Made by a program: the position numbers and the translations under genes. A stretch of 64,000 nucleotides of DNA from Eledone cirrhosa. Taxonomy: Eukaryota. The stretch is from assembly GCA_964016885.1 (NCBI GenBank), contig OZ024740.1, positions 349,246,001 to 349,310,000 on the forward strand. The letters run 5' to 3'. The notes under the pieces are model-generated. The model did no database searches. It worked only from the letters and a program-made list of their open reading frames with translations, and was not told the origin of the DNA. Below, in pieces: positions 24,528 to 40,025 of this stretch (the stretch's first letter is position 1; each line of letters starts with the position of its first letter).

Positions 24528-26954
24528 ATAAATATTTGAAAAAAGGAAAAGAATGAGTACCCTTGTAGTTCTAAACAATTTGATTTAATTATATAATATT
24601 ATATAATATTATGAGTTGGTAGATCTAGTAAGTTCTTTGTTAACTTCGGTGGGAAGAGCTATTTAAGGATTTCTGGTTAACTTTCCTGGAGAACTTTGTC
24701 GCATTCGTCGGTGGCGATTGTCGAACTGAGATCAGGTTGTGATGTGTGATTCTATATATAAGAGAGATTTGGATGTGTCTGGGGGTGCGGTGCGGTGTTA
24801 ATGTGTGTGGGAGTGAAGGAGTGTTGATGAAGATTTAAAGCTTTCAAACACACATATATATATATACACAGAAAATGGTGAGTGTTGACAGCAAGATAAT
24901 GGCATGGGAGTGCTGTTGGGGCTTTTTTAAAGAGTGTTTAAGAAAGGAACTGCAAAAGTACCCTCCTGCTGGTTCCATTTCAATAAATGACCTTTGAGGA
25001 ACATAATGGCAGGATGTTTTTCAAATACGTTTCTTATAGCTGAATCTAAAAATTTATAAAGGATACCTTCAACAACTCCCTATGTTAAAGATGAACTTAG
25101 GTGTGTGTCTGGTGGCGGTGGTGGTGGTGGTGGTGGTGGATTTAATGAGGTGTAAGATGAATGTCTTTTGATAAGAATGGGATGACAGCAAAGAGAAGAA
25201 TAAGGATAGTTGAGGAATATTTGTCAGAAATGTATGTTGTTGATATTGGTTGGGGGGGGGGGCAAGTGTGTGTGTGGAGGGGGGCATGTATGCACTCATA
25301 TTCACTTCCCTATATGTAAATATACTTACAGCCCATATATATTACATACATACACACATACACACACACATATATATACACACATACACACATATATAGA
25401 TATAGATATAGATATATATATATATATATATACACATATATACATATATACACACGCATACACATATATTCATATACACACACACACACATACATGCACA
25501 CATACATATACACATACATTCATACATACACACATACATGTACACCTATAGACATACATACAAACACATCTACGCACACATATGTTTCGTTATCCCTTTT
25601 GTCATCACTCACAATCCAATATCTCCCGATTCTCCAGCAGTCCCCTAAAATAAATGCACTCATAAAAGACGCAAGTATTTAAGTTCACATATACATTGGG
25701 GTGGGGAATGGGGAATTAATGAAACGTTAACTGAAAAGAAAGAAGGAAGAAAATCCCGTTATTTGAAGATGGAATATCATTTTTTTGTGTTCAGTAGTGA
25801 TTTGTTCTTTCTAATAGAGAATTATTCTTTATATTTTCGGAAATGTTCGTTGTCCGACCATATCTTAAAGAAGAGGAAAATTGTGAATTTTCCCTTTCAG
25901 CATGTTGCGAAGTGTTCACTGCATGTATTGTTTCTGACAGAGGGGTCTCTCATTTGTTGTTTATGTACTAGAACTCTGTCATGTAGACTCGTTTCGGTTT
26001 CACCAATGTTGTATTCTTTACATTATGAGCAGTTTGCACAGTAAATCAAGTTTTCGCATTTCTTAATTTGCATTGCTTCATTATTAGACGTAAATTTTGC
26101 CTTGATAAGCAGTTTCTTTAGGTTGGGTGCTTGGCATCTACTATATATTATTTGTGCGTCTTTTATGAGTTCATTCATTTTAGAGGACTGCTGGAGAATC
26201 GGGAGATATTGGATTGTGAGTGATGACAAAGGGATAACTGTTTTTTCAATTTTTTGTTGCTTTGTTTTTCTCAGTGTTGTCACTGGGATGTTCTGGGCTT
26301 TGGAGATGGCCGTGTTGATGAGGTACCCCGGATATTCTTGTCTTTTAAGGAAACCTTTTAGTTCATATAATCTTTTTTCCTGTAGTGTGGGTTATGTTAA
26401 TATTGTGCAAATGCGTCTTGCCATGTTAAAAGGAATGTTCCTTTTGGAACGTGAGGGGTGTGATAATCGGAAATTCAAGTATTGGTGTGCATTTGTTGGT
26501 TTGTAAAATAAGTCTGTTTTGATATTTTCCCCTTCTTTAATGATAAGGATATCCAGAAACAGTAGTTCCTTTTTATTACATTCCATGGTAAATGTTATTT
26601 CTTCGTGAAGATTGTTTATGAGGGAATGGAATCTTTGCAGGTCTTCTTGGCTTCTATTCCAGAAGATGAAGTAGTCACCTAGGTATCGTTTCCAGTTGTG
26701 ATTAATGTAGGTGGCGAAGCCATGACTGAATGTTTCCTGCAGTTTGGAATGTAATTTTGCCTCTAGGTGACCCATAAGGTGTGTTGCATTTGTTGGGGCC
26801 ACTTTGGGGCCCATGGCCGTTCCTTTTATTTATAAATACAGTTTGTTATCCAAAAGGAAGTGGTTGTTCTCCATAATATTATACATATTATAAAATTAAA
26901 TCAAACTGTTTAGAACTACAAGTGAAGTCATTCTTTTCCTCTTTTACAAATATA
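24528..26954 (-). mobile_element. 5'-truncated Penelope-like element with inverted terminal segment
   Basis: GTAMGPKVAP..WKRYLGDYF..FLDILI..TDLFYKPTNAHQYL (RT) and NLIYCANC..YNIGET (GIY-YIG). About 85 bp at 24528-24613 are repeated in inverted form at 26871-26954. Confidence 0.85.
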
Positions 26955-26994
26955 CCTAACTGTACCAAGGATCTCACATATATTCCAATATATA

Positions 26995-27057
<63 letters not shown>

Positions 27058-27772
27058 ATACATATAGATATATCTATGAATGTGTGTGTGGATTATGCAT
27101 ATTTCACCACACAAAAGCTCACATATTTACTCACAGTTGTATAGATATAGAGACAGATACAATAATAGATAGATTGATATACAGATAGGCAGATAGATTA
27201 AAAGATATATGCATGTGGAATAATCAGGCAGATTATTATTAATAAATATGTATATAGACTGACAGAACGAAAATCACAGGATCAAGTTCTCAATGTCACA
27301 GCAAACAATGTAAAATCTTACCTGAATATTAACATAATCGATTAATGTCTTGGACAGTTTAGAGAAATTAAAGAAATAAAATATCAAACTCGAAAATTTA
27401 TTATCACATTTTATTTTATTAGATATAATATTGCAATTATTTTATGAACCAATTAATATATAGTATATATGTGTATTATCATAAGAATATAAATTTTCAA
27501 TAGAAAGGTTATCACAATATATATATAATATATATTGCAAATATATTAAAGCTTAGAAACAGTGAAGTTTAGAAAGTAAAAATTAAGATTGGAAGATACA
27601 TAGTTTGAGGAATATACTTTGAAAAAAAATCAGATAATCGTTAAGCATATGTAAGGATATATATATATATATATATATCAAACAAAAACCACATGGTGGT
27701 CAACTGAATGTTTCATATCATGAATACATTTTGCGTTACAACGCAGTTTTATAATTTTCAATATGACTGCGT

Positions 27773-29774
27773 TTATTTCTCATAATCGTTATTTCCCTTA
27801 GTTATCACATCAACTTTCCGTGCATAAACACAGGATGTTGCCACATTTATTACAATTGGACTATACACATAAAGTCCATTATCACATGTACCTGTATGAT
27901 TGAGGACTGTCATTTTAGTATATACTGACTCACATTGGTAATTGTTGTCGGGGAACTCAACATTATCCCCACGACACACTACTTCTGTACGTGATGGAGG
28001 GAAGATTGTTGAATCATGGATAATCTTCAGGTTCCAAGGACAAATTGAACGTTCATGGACTAGATCAGAAGAAACAGCAGGTGTTGTACTTGTTTCATTC
28101 TCTCGTGACAGTGTTGTATCGTTATTTACTGCTGGAGCCATTTCAGCATGTAGAAAGAATTTATTGCCGATGTCTTCACTAGATAAACTCTCGTATTGAT
28201 CTTTTAGGTCAGTTGGTATTTCACATTGGATCTGGATGGGTGCCGAAGTCACAATTAAGATATAGTTGACGAGAAGAATGACAATCTTTATGAGAACCTG
28301 CAATATATAAAATATTATATCAAAGAGTGCTTCATAGTTTTAATGTGACACTTATTCAGATAAACAAATCAGAGAATAATAGTTGAGATGATTTGAAAAT
28401 AGCTGACCAGAAAAATACATATATTTAACGAAGATTATATGAGTGTGGGGGGAGTATTATAACGAGAGATCAAAAAGAGTAGAGATATTATTGCCAATTT
28501 AAATGATTATTAATGCTACATAAAGAAGTTTTTTTTCTTCGTAGTCTAAGAGGTTAGTCCAGAATATTTGACATTTCAGAGGAAATAATACGCTCGCTCA
28601 TGAAACAAAGTAAACATCTTTAGATCATCTCATTCATTAGTAACTTTATAACTTGGGGTTGCAGATGTAAAGCAATGTCGCTGTGTAATTACTTATCCAT
28701 ATAAATATTTCTACTTTTTTAGGATTAGTTGAGTGGAATGGTGTCATTATATATAATGTTAAAGAGTCCAACATATATACTATACTGGCTGCGAGTTTAG
28801 AACGTCTTACAGACTGCTTTACAATGTTCGAATCGGTACTCAGCACTCTCCCAACGATCGATAATATTCCTTTCACCCTTTCGAAATCGATAAATAAATA
28901 CCGATCCAGTGCTGCTGTAGAAACTTCCCCCATATTTCTATCTCACGTCTTATCATAACAATGTCTCACAATCTGTGGAAAACATTGGATATGATCAGAC
29001 CAAGTGATTAGATAGGCTCTTCTTAAAGTTAAAATATGTCCCAGAATCCACTCTAAGTTATGGATAGGAAAGAAGGGAAGAAAGAGAGGAAACTAGAAAG
29101 AAGCGATACTATATAAGAACATAGTTTCAAATTTCACCCATGAATTACCAATCGTTAGGATGCTATGAGTCATATAATTCTGCAATACATTTTGCCAATG
29201 TAACATTTAGAACCTATCTAACCTGTTACAATATATTCAATATGTTTATTATTTCTATGATTATTTCAGAACCTCATAATACTGGTATTATATTTAACTA
29301 CATAAATGTATCTCTATTTGAGGCTAATATTACCAATATTAAATTATTATATTTATTATTATTTTACATTAGTTACATATGTTACATGTGATCCCAGTTC
29401 AATTCTTACTGCATCTCATCTCTTAAATGTTCAGGTCAAAGCTAACTCTTCTGATACCGTAGATAATAGTTTTAACAATATACTAACTCACAGTGAAAAA
29501 TACATTAGATAACCCAACATAAACCTACATTAATATAAATTAAACATCTAATAGTAATCTGCAGTGAGGTATAAAGACAAGAGATCCTACTGGGGTGCAT
29601 CGTATCTCTGTTGTCATAGGAAATCATATGTGTCAATTTAAGTTATTTCAAGTAAATAGCATTTTTGTTAAAATTTCTTCCATGAGTACACATAACTATG
29701 TATTACTACATAACTACATAAAGGAATATATGAAGTAATATTAATTAATCGTTACTTACATTAGTTACCTTCAT
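27773..29774 (-). CDS. IL17: Interleukin-17-like cytokine, copy 3 (exons 29774-29760, 28297-27773)
   Basis: Intact ORF with the same motifs; exon 1 encodes MKVTN followed by GTAAGT; ttgcag acceptor at 28303-28298. Confidence 0.88.
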
Positions 29775-31968
29775 TATATTGGTTTGTTCACTTGGAAATG
29801 GAAAATATGAAGGAAACAGTAAGATATTTTACAAACGAGACGTGTATTTGTTCAGTTCTCAAAGTGATAAACTTTTGTAATTAAATAATTCGTGATATTA
29901 TTTACTTATATATACGAGGGACCGGTAGCGGAATTGACATCAAACGTTAGTCATAATGTAGTGGAAATAATTGAAGTCATTTATAAATATATAGAGACGG
30001 AACTATCAACTATACGGGAAAGTTTACATCCGATGAGGTAAAGTAGAAGTACTTATATCTTTTATTGGAAATATACATATTTATAGTATCCCGCATAAAT
30101 AATGTCCAATATATTATGTTATCAGCTAAAATAACAGATTAACATGTATATATATTATTTGTTCATTCTATATCGTAACCTGCAAAATGTGTTTTTGTGT
30201 ATTTACGTTTTGGTGTCTGTATATCACCGTATATTTGTTGATAGCATTATTCCATTTATATATCCGTATTCCAACATAGACAGAAGGCTTCAACTTCATG
30301 GAAAGGAAGCAGTCAATTACATCGTCACATGGAATGTAGTAGTTGCCACTTTAATTCCTTGGCTCCGGAAGCACTGTAAATAATAGGGAACTTAGTCGGA
30401 GATATTTTCAAACATGAATGAACTATATAAATATTGTAAGGCATTATATCTGAGACTCTAAGGATTCTACCAAGTAATAATATGCCATATATTTAGATGG
30501 TAGACAGAGAGATATTTGCGGCGTCAGAATGTTTTATCTGGTAATTATCTGGGAAATAATTGTTTCTACTTTTGGCACAAGGCCAGCAATAAACCAGTGC
30601 ATTACTGGTACTTTATTTTATCGATCCCGTAAGGATGAAAGGTAAAGTTAACCTCGGCGGGATTTGAACTCAGAATGGCAAAGGACGTTACTCTATGCGT
30701 CAAAGCATGGCGTCCGACCCTCTACCGATACCGCCAATCCACCAACCCAATTATCTGGGAAATAATGTTCTAGTTTCAGATAAGATTAATCCTAATTTTC
30801 ATTTTTATTCTTACGGCATCGATAATAATCTATATTATTTGTCAGGGTTTGACTTCATTAACTATAGCTTCCCCGAATGTATTTTGTTTGGGGCCAGTGA
30901 GAGAATTCAAATATATTTCGGTCGAACGTTTTATGTGTTCTAGAAATGCTGCGCTATACTATGTGCATATTTTGCTAAACCGATATATTGTATGTGTCGT
31001 TATAATTATTTCAATTGTGACTGAATTAAAGTCAAGCTCCAGTTTAATTGTCGACCAGATATCTATGCTAATTCTACAAATCGAATACTCTAGTTATATC
31101 ACACCTGCGGTCTTTGAGGAAGCACATAGTATACGCAGCCCCTCTTTGTGATATACTTCATGTTCATTATGAGGAAAAGCATATCACATAATGTATGCCA
31201 AAGTAATATCGCAGAAACAAGTTTAGTTTAGAAACAAGAGATATTTTGCAGGACATTATTTCAATGTCGGTAATAAATACCAATGATGTTCCTGGAAACA
31301 GGCGTGGCTCTATGGTCAAAACGTGAACGTTTCAACAATATTTCTCAGGATTTTGGTCACCACACTTGAAATATTATGCTAGGCACGAGACTCTACTATA
31401 TAACGTAGATTTTAATTTTCATGTATAATTTGTGTTTGCAGTTTATTTATATATGTATGTGTATATTTAAATTTAGATGAATTCATATACTTTTAAAAGG
31501 ATGACCACATATAGGCTTGTATTTTCTCCAATATACTTCAAATAGATAATATAAAAAAGAATTACGTAGGAGAGTAATATAGAACATAAAAGATAATCCT
31601 AGAAGAAAAACAGGAGAAAAGAAGATGGAAGGAACGTTTTACACTGTACGTTTTGCCAACACCTTGTTCTTAAAAGCAAGCAGGGGCTCCGTTTGAAGTT
31701 GGAGGCCTCTCATAAAAAGGGGCCAAATTCAGAAAAGTGGCTTTGTTTAATTGGTGTTCTTGATCAGTAGCCTTCCGCTCCTCGACTCACTATAAAACAG
31801 GTCACAAGTACTGACCAGTATATTTACATACAAATATTTGCCGAAATATAAATATGCATATTTATGCCAGAAACATAAATATATAAATATCTAGCAAAAC
31901 ATTACGGATATTTATTTAAACTATGTTTTAAATGTCGCTATTTTCAAAATGAGACAATCACTGAAATT

Positions 31969-32058
<90 letters not shown>

Positions 32059-32065
32059 GTCGTGG

Positions 32066-32096
<31 letters not shown>

Positions 32097-33000
32097 TTTG
32101 AATCCCTAAAACTCGAAAAGTACCCAACCAACTTTTTCAAACTTTACATGTGAATTATTTATGTTTCAGGGAGTGTTATGCACATAAAAAATTCAACTTT
32201 TTCATCGCCTAGGGCCTGCATTAGTTGTAAAACTGCGTATTTTCAGGCTTCTAGGGGTTTTTTGAGGCGTAACGTCAGACTGATTTCCTTGAAATTGCAA
32301 CTATGTATTAGTCTGGCTCTTCTTCATACTGTGAGCAAAGAAAATCCAACTTGTTTATGGCCTACAGCCCGTATTAGGTAAAAACCTGCATTTTTCCTGC
32401 TTCATTGAAGAAAATCTTAAAGATTATCCAGCCATCAGAGTATTCGGTTTATTATTCTTTACATATTGTCGAAACATGCAGTAAGTCTGTTGGCGGCCCA
32501 CGTTCCAAAATACCTTATCCTGTGCAACGCCGGTTACCACTGCTAGTTAGTAAATAATATACAGATTATACAGCATTATCGATCCTGTATGTATACTGCC
32601 ATATATATCCTATAAAATATTATGATTTGTGTATGCAATTTTATTCATATGTGCATGTGTATTGATAAATTTACATGAATTTATATACTTTCAAATGGAT
32701 GGCTCACGACACGAATGCCTTAAATAGAATAACGTAGAACAAGAATACAAATACATAATTGATAATATGAGAAGAAAGCGAGAAGAAAGAAAGAAACAAG
32801 AAAAGGTTTACCCTGTATGTTTTGCTAAGCTCTCGTACTTAAAAGCCAACGGCGCTCTGTTTGAAGTTTGGGGCTTGCGAGAATATGGGGCCACATATAA
32901 AAAGATTAGCCTGTTTTAAAAGGGGAATTTGGACATTAGAGCAGCCCATCCGAATCCCGATAAATCCGTCCCTTATTTTTTATCAATATATTAACATACA

Positions 33001-33189
33001 TATAGGGCGGTGGATTGGCAGTATCGGTAGAGGGTTTGCCGCCATGCTTTCCAGCATAGTTGCGTCCCTTTATGATCTGAGTTCAAATCCAGCCGAGGTT
33101 GACTTTGCCTTTCATCCTTACGGGGTCGATAAAATAAAGTACCAGTAATGCACTGGGTAATTGCTGGCCTTGTGCCTAAAGTAGAAACA
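33001..33189 (+). mobile_element. Young Nin-domain tRNA SINE (duplicate at ~51742-51930)
   Basis: 16-bp TSD aatatattaacataca (32985-33000, 33190-33205); empty site at ~3880 and ~13270. Confidence 0.85.
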
Positions 33190-35303
33190 AATATATTAAC
33201 ATACAAATATTTGCTTGATTACTAATATGCATATTTATGTCGGTAAAATAGCTATATAAATATCTAGTAAATAATTACGGATATTTGTTAAAACCAGATT
33301 TAAATGTGGCTAGTTTCAAAATTGAGCCATTTGTCTGTTGTTGTTTCTTATCATACAAGTGTAGAATTTCAAATATTATGTCTCTGTGTATGCTATGTAT
33401 GCTGTCTAAAGATTGTCTAATGTCAACAAGAAATAGAGCCAAAGTGTTTCTTCTCTGTACAACTGAAATTGAACTAGTTTACTGAAAAGCGAAATGACTC
33501 AAAGCATAAAAGAACTCGATGAGGCGTACACAACTGCTCTTGCAGAGTATGTAAACAAAAAGCACGCAGACTCATGGGCTCTAGTCAACGAAAGAACTGG
33601 TAGAAAAAAAGAAGCCTGCACCCATCATCAATGAGGCTCCCAAGAAGCTGGGTAAAAGAGCTTGACTAAACACTTCAAGTGAGTATTGGTACAACCTTCC
33701 ACTATAGAAGAGGATCTCCAAAAGTTTGCGGTATAAACAGAACACGGTATCTCCACTGGACTTTTCACTTTGAGTGAGATCAACCAGGTGATCAAAACAC
33801 TTGAAAACAAGAAATTAATGGTTATACCTTTGTTATCGATTTTGTCAACTGAGAATCTTTGAGCATTATCTAGTGCAATGATAAAATTTACCTCGGCGGG
33901 ATTTGAACTTTATGGTCTAAGTTCAAATCCCGCCGAGGTTAACTTTGCCTTTCAACCTTACGGGGTCTATAAAATAAAGTACCGGTAATGTAGTGGGTCA
34001 TTGCTGGCCTTGTGCCAAAAGTATAAATAATTATCTAGTGCAATGATATTAAAGATTAATGGGGCAAGTGTGTCACCCTGCAGCGCATTCCTGTGAAATG
34101 TATGTTGGAGAAAATGCAAGCGTGTCTTGGGTCATCCTTTGAAAAGTATATGAATTCATGTAAATTAATATATACCCATATATATATAAATAACACTGCA
34201 TACACAAATTTTACATGAAGATTTAAATCTACGTTTTATAGTAGATTCTCATACCTAGCATAATGTCTCAAGTGTGGTGACCAAAATCCTGAATAAGATT
34301 ATTGCAATGTTCATGTTTTGACTATGGTGCCACGACTGTTTCCGGGAACACCGTTGGTATTTATTACCGACATTGAAATAATGTACTGCAAAATTTCTCA
34401 TATTTTTAAGCTATTTCATAAAATAAAGCTGTGATATTACTTTGATATACTGTCATGTGATATGCTTTTCCTCAAAATTAACATGAAGTATATTGCATAA
34501 AAGGGACTGTGTATAGTATGTGCTTCTTCAAAGGGCATAGGTGTGATATAACTAGAGCATTCGATTTGTAGATTTCACAAAGATTTCTGACATAGCAAAA
34601 TATGCACAGCATTTCTAGAACCCTTAAAACGTTCGATCGAAATATATTTGAATTATCTCATTGGCCCGCATAACATATATTGAGGGAAGCAATAGTCAAT
34701 AAAGTCGTTCCCTGACAAATAATATAGATTATCGATACCATATGAGTAAAAGAGAAGATTAGGACTAACCTAATCTGAAACTGGAACATTATTTCCTGTA
34801 AATTATTACCAGATAAAACAGTCTAACGCCGCAAATATCTCTCTGTCTACCATTTCAATATATGGCATGATATACACTTGGGAGAATCCGTAGGGACTCA
34901 GATATAATACCTTAAAATATCTTATACGGTGCATACATATTTGAAAGAAAGCCCGACTAAGTTCTATGTTGTTTACACTATTTGTACAGGATACTATAAA
35001 TATGTATATTTCCAAAAAATGATATAAGTACTTCTACTTTACCTCATCGGATGTAAACTTTCCCGTATTGTTGTTACTTCCGCCTGTATGAAATTATAAA
35101 TGTTTTCAATAATTTGCATTACATTATGACTAACGTTTGATGTCAATTCCGCTACCGGTCCTTCATATATATATATAAGTCCTTTCACCATTGGTTTCAT
35201 TACAAACGTTTATCACTTTGGGAACTGAACAAACACACGTCTCGTTTGTAAAATATCTCACGGTTTCTTCATATTTTCTATTCCAAGTAAACAAACCAAT
35301 ATA

Positions 35304-37370
35304 ATGAAGGTAACTAATGTAAGTAACGATTAATTAATATTACTATCTCATATATTATTTTATGTAGTTATGTGGTTATACTTAGATATGTGTACTCATG
35401 AGGTAAAATTTAACAAAAATGCTATTTACTCTAAATAACGTAAATTGGCACTTGTCATTATCTATGAGGATATATATAATATCAGAGATACGATTGCACC
35501 CCAGTAGGATCTCTTGTCTTTTTACCTCACTGCAGATTACTATTAGATGTTCAATTTATATTAATGTAGATTTATGTTGGGTTATCTAATGTATTTTTCA
35601 CTGTGAGTTAATATATTGTTAAAACTATTATCTACGTTATCAGAAGAGTTAGCTTTACCTGAACATTTCAGAGATGAGATGCAGTAAGAATTGAACTGGG
35701 ATAACACGTAACATATGTAACTTATAATAATGGTAATGCTAGCCTCAAAAAACAGATACATCTATTGTAGTTAAATACGATACTAGTATTATGAGGTTCT
35801 AAAGTAATCATAGAAATAATAAATATATTGAAACTATTGTAACAGGTTAGTTAGGTTCTAAATGTTACATTGGTAAAATGTATTGCAGAATTATATCACT
35901 GATAGCATCCTATCGATTGGTAATTTATGTATGAAATTAGAAATTATGCTCTTATATAGGATTGAATCTTTCTATTTTCCTCTCTTTCTTTCTTCCCTTC
36001 TTTCCTATCCATAACTTACAGTGTATTCTGGGACATATTTTAACTTTAAGAAGAGCCTATCTAATCACTTGGTCTGATCACATACAATATTTTCCATAGA
36101 ATGTGATACATTGATGTGATAGGAAGTGAGATAGAAATGTGAGGAAAGTATCTACAGCAGTACTGGACCGGTATTTATTTATCGAAAGTGTGAAAGGAAT
36201 AATAGAGTACCGAATCGAAGATCTTAAAGAAATCTGTGAGATGTTCTAAACTCTCAGCCAGTATAGTATATATATTGGACTATATAACAGTCTATATAAT
36301 GACACCATTCCACTCAACTAATCCGAAACAAGTAGAAATATTTATATGGATAAATAATTATACAGAGACATTACTTTAACACTGCAACTCCGAGTTATAA
36401 ATTTACTAATGAATGAGATAATCTAAAGATATTTGTTTCATGAGTGAGTGTATTATTTCCTCTAAAATGTTACATGAAGTTTCTAAAACTACGGGGAACA
36501 TACCACTTTGTTATGTAGCAGTAGTAAACCTACTGGCAGTAATATCATTAATCGATTTCCTCTCTCGTTATAATACTTCCATCGCACATCTCTCATATAT
36601 TTTTCTATAAATATATGCATTTTATTCATATACACACTGTACAGAAACGTTTTCGTATCACATTACCTGACATCATTCATGATCATACGTCTAGCACACT
36701 ATAGTAAATAAATATCTGTGGCATTGATTTCTATGTATTATGATTTAATTCTAAAGTATACAGCTATTTTCTGATTTGTTTATCTGAATAAGTGTCACAT
36801 GAAAATTATGAAGCACTCTTTGATATAATATTTTATATATTGCAGGTTCTCGTACAGATTGTCATTCTTCTCGTCAACTATATCTTAATTGTGACTTCGG
36901 CACCCATCCAGATCCAATGTGAAATACCAACTGACCTAAAAGACCAATACGAGAGTTTATCTAGTGAAGACATCGGCAGTAAATTCTTTCTACATGCTGA
37001 AATGGCTCCAGCAGTAAATAACGATACAACACTGTCACGAGAGAATGAAACAAGTACAACACCTGCTGTTTGTTCTGATCTCGTCCATGAACGTTCAATT
37101 TGTCCTTGGAACCTGAAGATTATCCATGATCCAACAATCTTCCCTCCATCACGTACAGAAGTAGTGTGTCGTGGGGATAATGTTGAGATCCCCGACAAAA
37201 ATCACCAATGTGAGTCAGTATATACTAAAATGACAGTCCTCAGTCATACAGGTACATGTGATAATGGACTTTATGTGTATAGTCCAATTGTAATAAATGT
37301 GGCAACATCGTGTGTTTATGCACGGAAAGTTGATGTGATAACTAAGGGAAATAACGAGTATGAGGAATAA
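35304..37370 (+). CDS. IL17: Interleukin-17-like cytokine, copy 4 (exons 35304-35318, 36846-37370)
   Basis: Intact ORF; exon 1 MKVTN|GTAAGT; 1527-bp intron as in copies 1 and 6. Confidence 0.88.
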
Positions 37371-37462
37371 AAGCAGTCATATTGAAAATTATAAAACTGC
37401 GTTGTAACGCAAAATGTATTCATGATATGAAACATTCAGTTGACCACCATGTGGTTTTTGTT

Positions 37463-37515
<53 letters not shown>

Positions 37516-38128
37516 TAGATATATATATAGATAGATATATATAACCCCATATATCCTATATGCTTATCGTTTATTCTATTTCTTTCAATCTTAATTTTTA
37601 CATTTTAAACATCACTGTTTCAATTCTTTACTATTCTTTACTATTTAATCTTAAATTAAAGGACTTTGTAATACATATTATATATATATTGTGATAATCT
37701 TTATATTGAAAATGTATATTTTTATGAGAATATACATATACTATATATTAATTGGTTTATAAAATAATTGTATTTTTATATTTAATAAAGTTTGGTAAAA
37801 AATGTTCGTCTTTGATCTTTTCTTTCTTTAATTTCTCTAAACTGACCAAGACATTTATTGATTATGTTAATATTCAGGTAAAATGTTACATTGTCAGCTG
37901 TGACATTGAGAGGCTGATCCTGTGATTTTTGTTCAGTCAGTGTATATACATATTTATTAATAATAATCTGCCTGAGTGATAATAATAGTTACAACAAATT
38001 CCATATGAATTAATCTTTTCATCTATCTGTCTATCTGTATATCAATCTATCTATTATTCTATCTGTCTTTATATCTATACAAATGTGTGTAATTATGTAT
38101 GCTTTTGTGTGGAGAAATATACATAATC

Positions 38129-38243
<115 letters not shown>

Positions 38244-40025
38244 TCATATATGTATCTATATCTATACCAATATATATCTCCTTATAATATATAATCAGCT
38301 ATTTCTCTGTCTGTCTGTCCGACAGTGGAAACACGTGCGCGCGTGGTTGCTATCTCTCTCTCTCTCTCCAGCTATCCCTCTCTTTTAGTCTGTCTGTTTC
38401 TCTCACTCTCACTCTTTCTCTTTGTAACACACTAACATTCCTCCCCTCTATCGCTGTGACGAATGGGGAGATGGAGGAGGAGGAGGAGGAAGAGAGAGTC
38501 ACTTCGTCACTTCACCTCTGCCTTTCTTTCTCTCCCCTCTCACTCCCTGTCGTCGACCACTGATTCCAACAACCAGCGTTTTAGGCCAGCACGTTACACC
38601 TGCGTTCCCAACCATGGCACGCGCGACCTTGGAGTAGTTACTATGGAGATCTAGCCAGACACAGCCGAGTTCTTTGAATTTACAGACGACAACTTTAAGA
38701 CTGGTTTTTGTGTTTTAACCAACTCACTGGGGCTGAGCATATAATATATATATATATGTGTGTGTGTGTTATATGTGTGTGTATGCGTGTGTGTGTGTGT
38801 ATTATATGTGTGTGTGTTATATGTGTGTGTGTATGTATGTGTGTATGTGTGTGCGTGTGTGTGTTATATATGTGTGTGTGTGTTATATGTGTGTGTGTAT
38901 GTGTGTGCGTGTGTGTGTTTTATATATGGGTGTGTGTTATATGTATGTGTGTATGTGTATATATAATATATATATATATATATAATATATATATATATAT
39001 TATATATATATATTATATATGTATATTATGTGTGTCTCTCTATATATATACATATATATAGGTTTAAGTGTGTATGTGCGTGTGTATGTGTGTGTTAACG
39101 TGTGTGCATATGTGCGTATGTATGAGTGTGTGTATGGTATGTGTGTGTTAGCGTATGTGTCTGTATGCGTGTGTGTCTGTCTGTGCGTGTGTCTGTGTGT
39201 ATCTGTGTAAGTGTTTGTGTGTGTGTGTGTGTACAGGAATTCATAAGTTTCCTAAAATATGTCTGTATGCTTAATTTTTCTTAAAAATTATAAACTGTTT
39301 CTTCCTGTCAGAGATAATAATCTGATTTGAGAATAATGCATCTCAAAATATGAACATGGGTGTATATATATATATGTATGTGTGTGTGTGCCTGTGTTTG
39401 TGTTTGTGTGTTTGTGTGTGTGTTAAATATATATCGACAAGCAGAAAACCACCCACCGGGTGGTTTTCTGCTAGTCTACTTATATATATAACCAGCAATT
39501 TCTCTGTCTATCTGTCCGACAGTGGAAACACGTGCGTAGAGAGAGAGTGAGAGTGAAAGAAAGAGACAGACTACGAGAGGGGGATAGCGGGAGGGAGAGA
39601 GGGAGAGAGAGAGAGTGAATAGACGCTAAAACATGTGCTACAGAAACATTACCTTCACCTCTCCACTGACTTTGGTCACTGAGGCCTAGGGAATCGCGCT
39701 GAGCGAGTCATAACGAGGTAATGCAGACAGCCAGACATACAGACAGATATTATAAGGGCGCAACGTTATATCTATGTATCTATCTAAAAAGAAAGACTAA
39801 GAATTATATAGAGAGAACGCTAAATCGCCTAATGCGGTTCCTAGGGCATTGAAAATTTGAAATAATTTTTGCTCAAAACACTCGCAAGACCATAAGTATT
39901 ACATGTCTAAAGTTTGAAAACAATCGGTTGGATGGTTCTCAAGTTTTAGTGAGCTGACAGACAGACATTCTCTGTTTTAGATATATAGACTAGCAGAAAA
40001 CCACCCGCGGGTGGTTTTCTGCTAG

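Noticed and set aside
24640-24720. Possible minus-strand hammerhead in the Penelope pLTR
   Set aside because: Core reads CCGACGA and the stems cannot be drawn convincingly.
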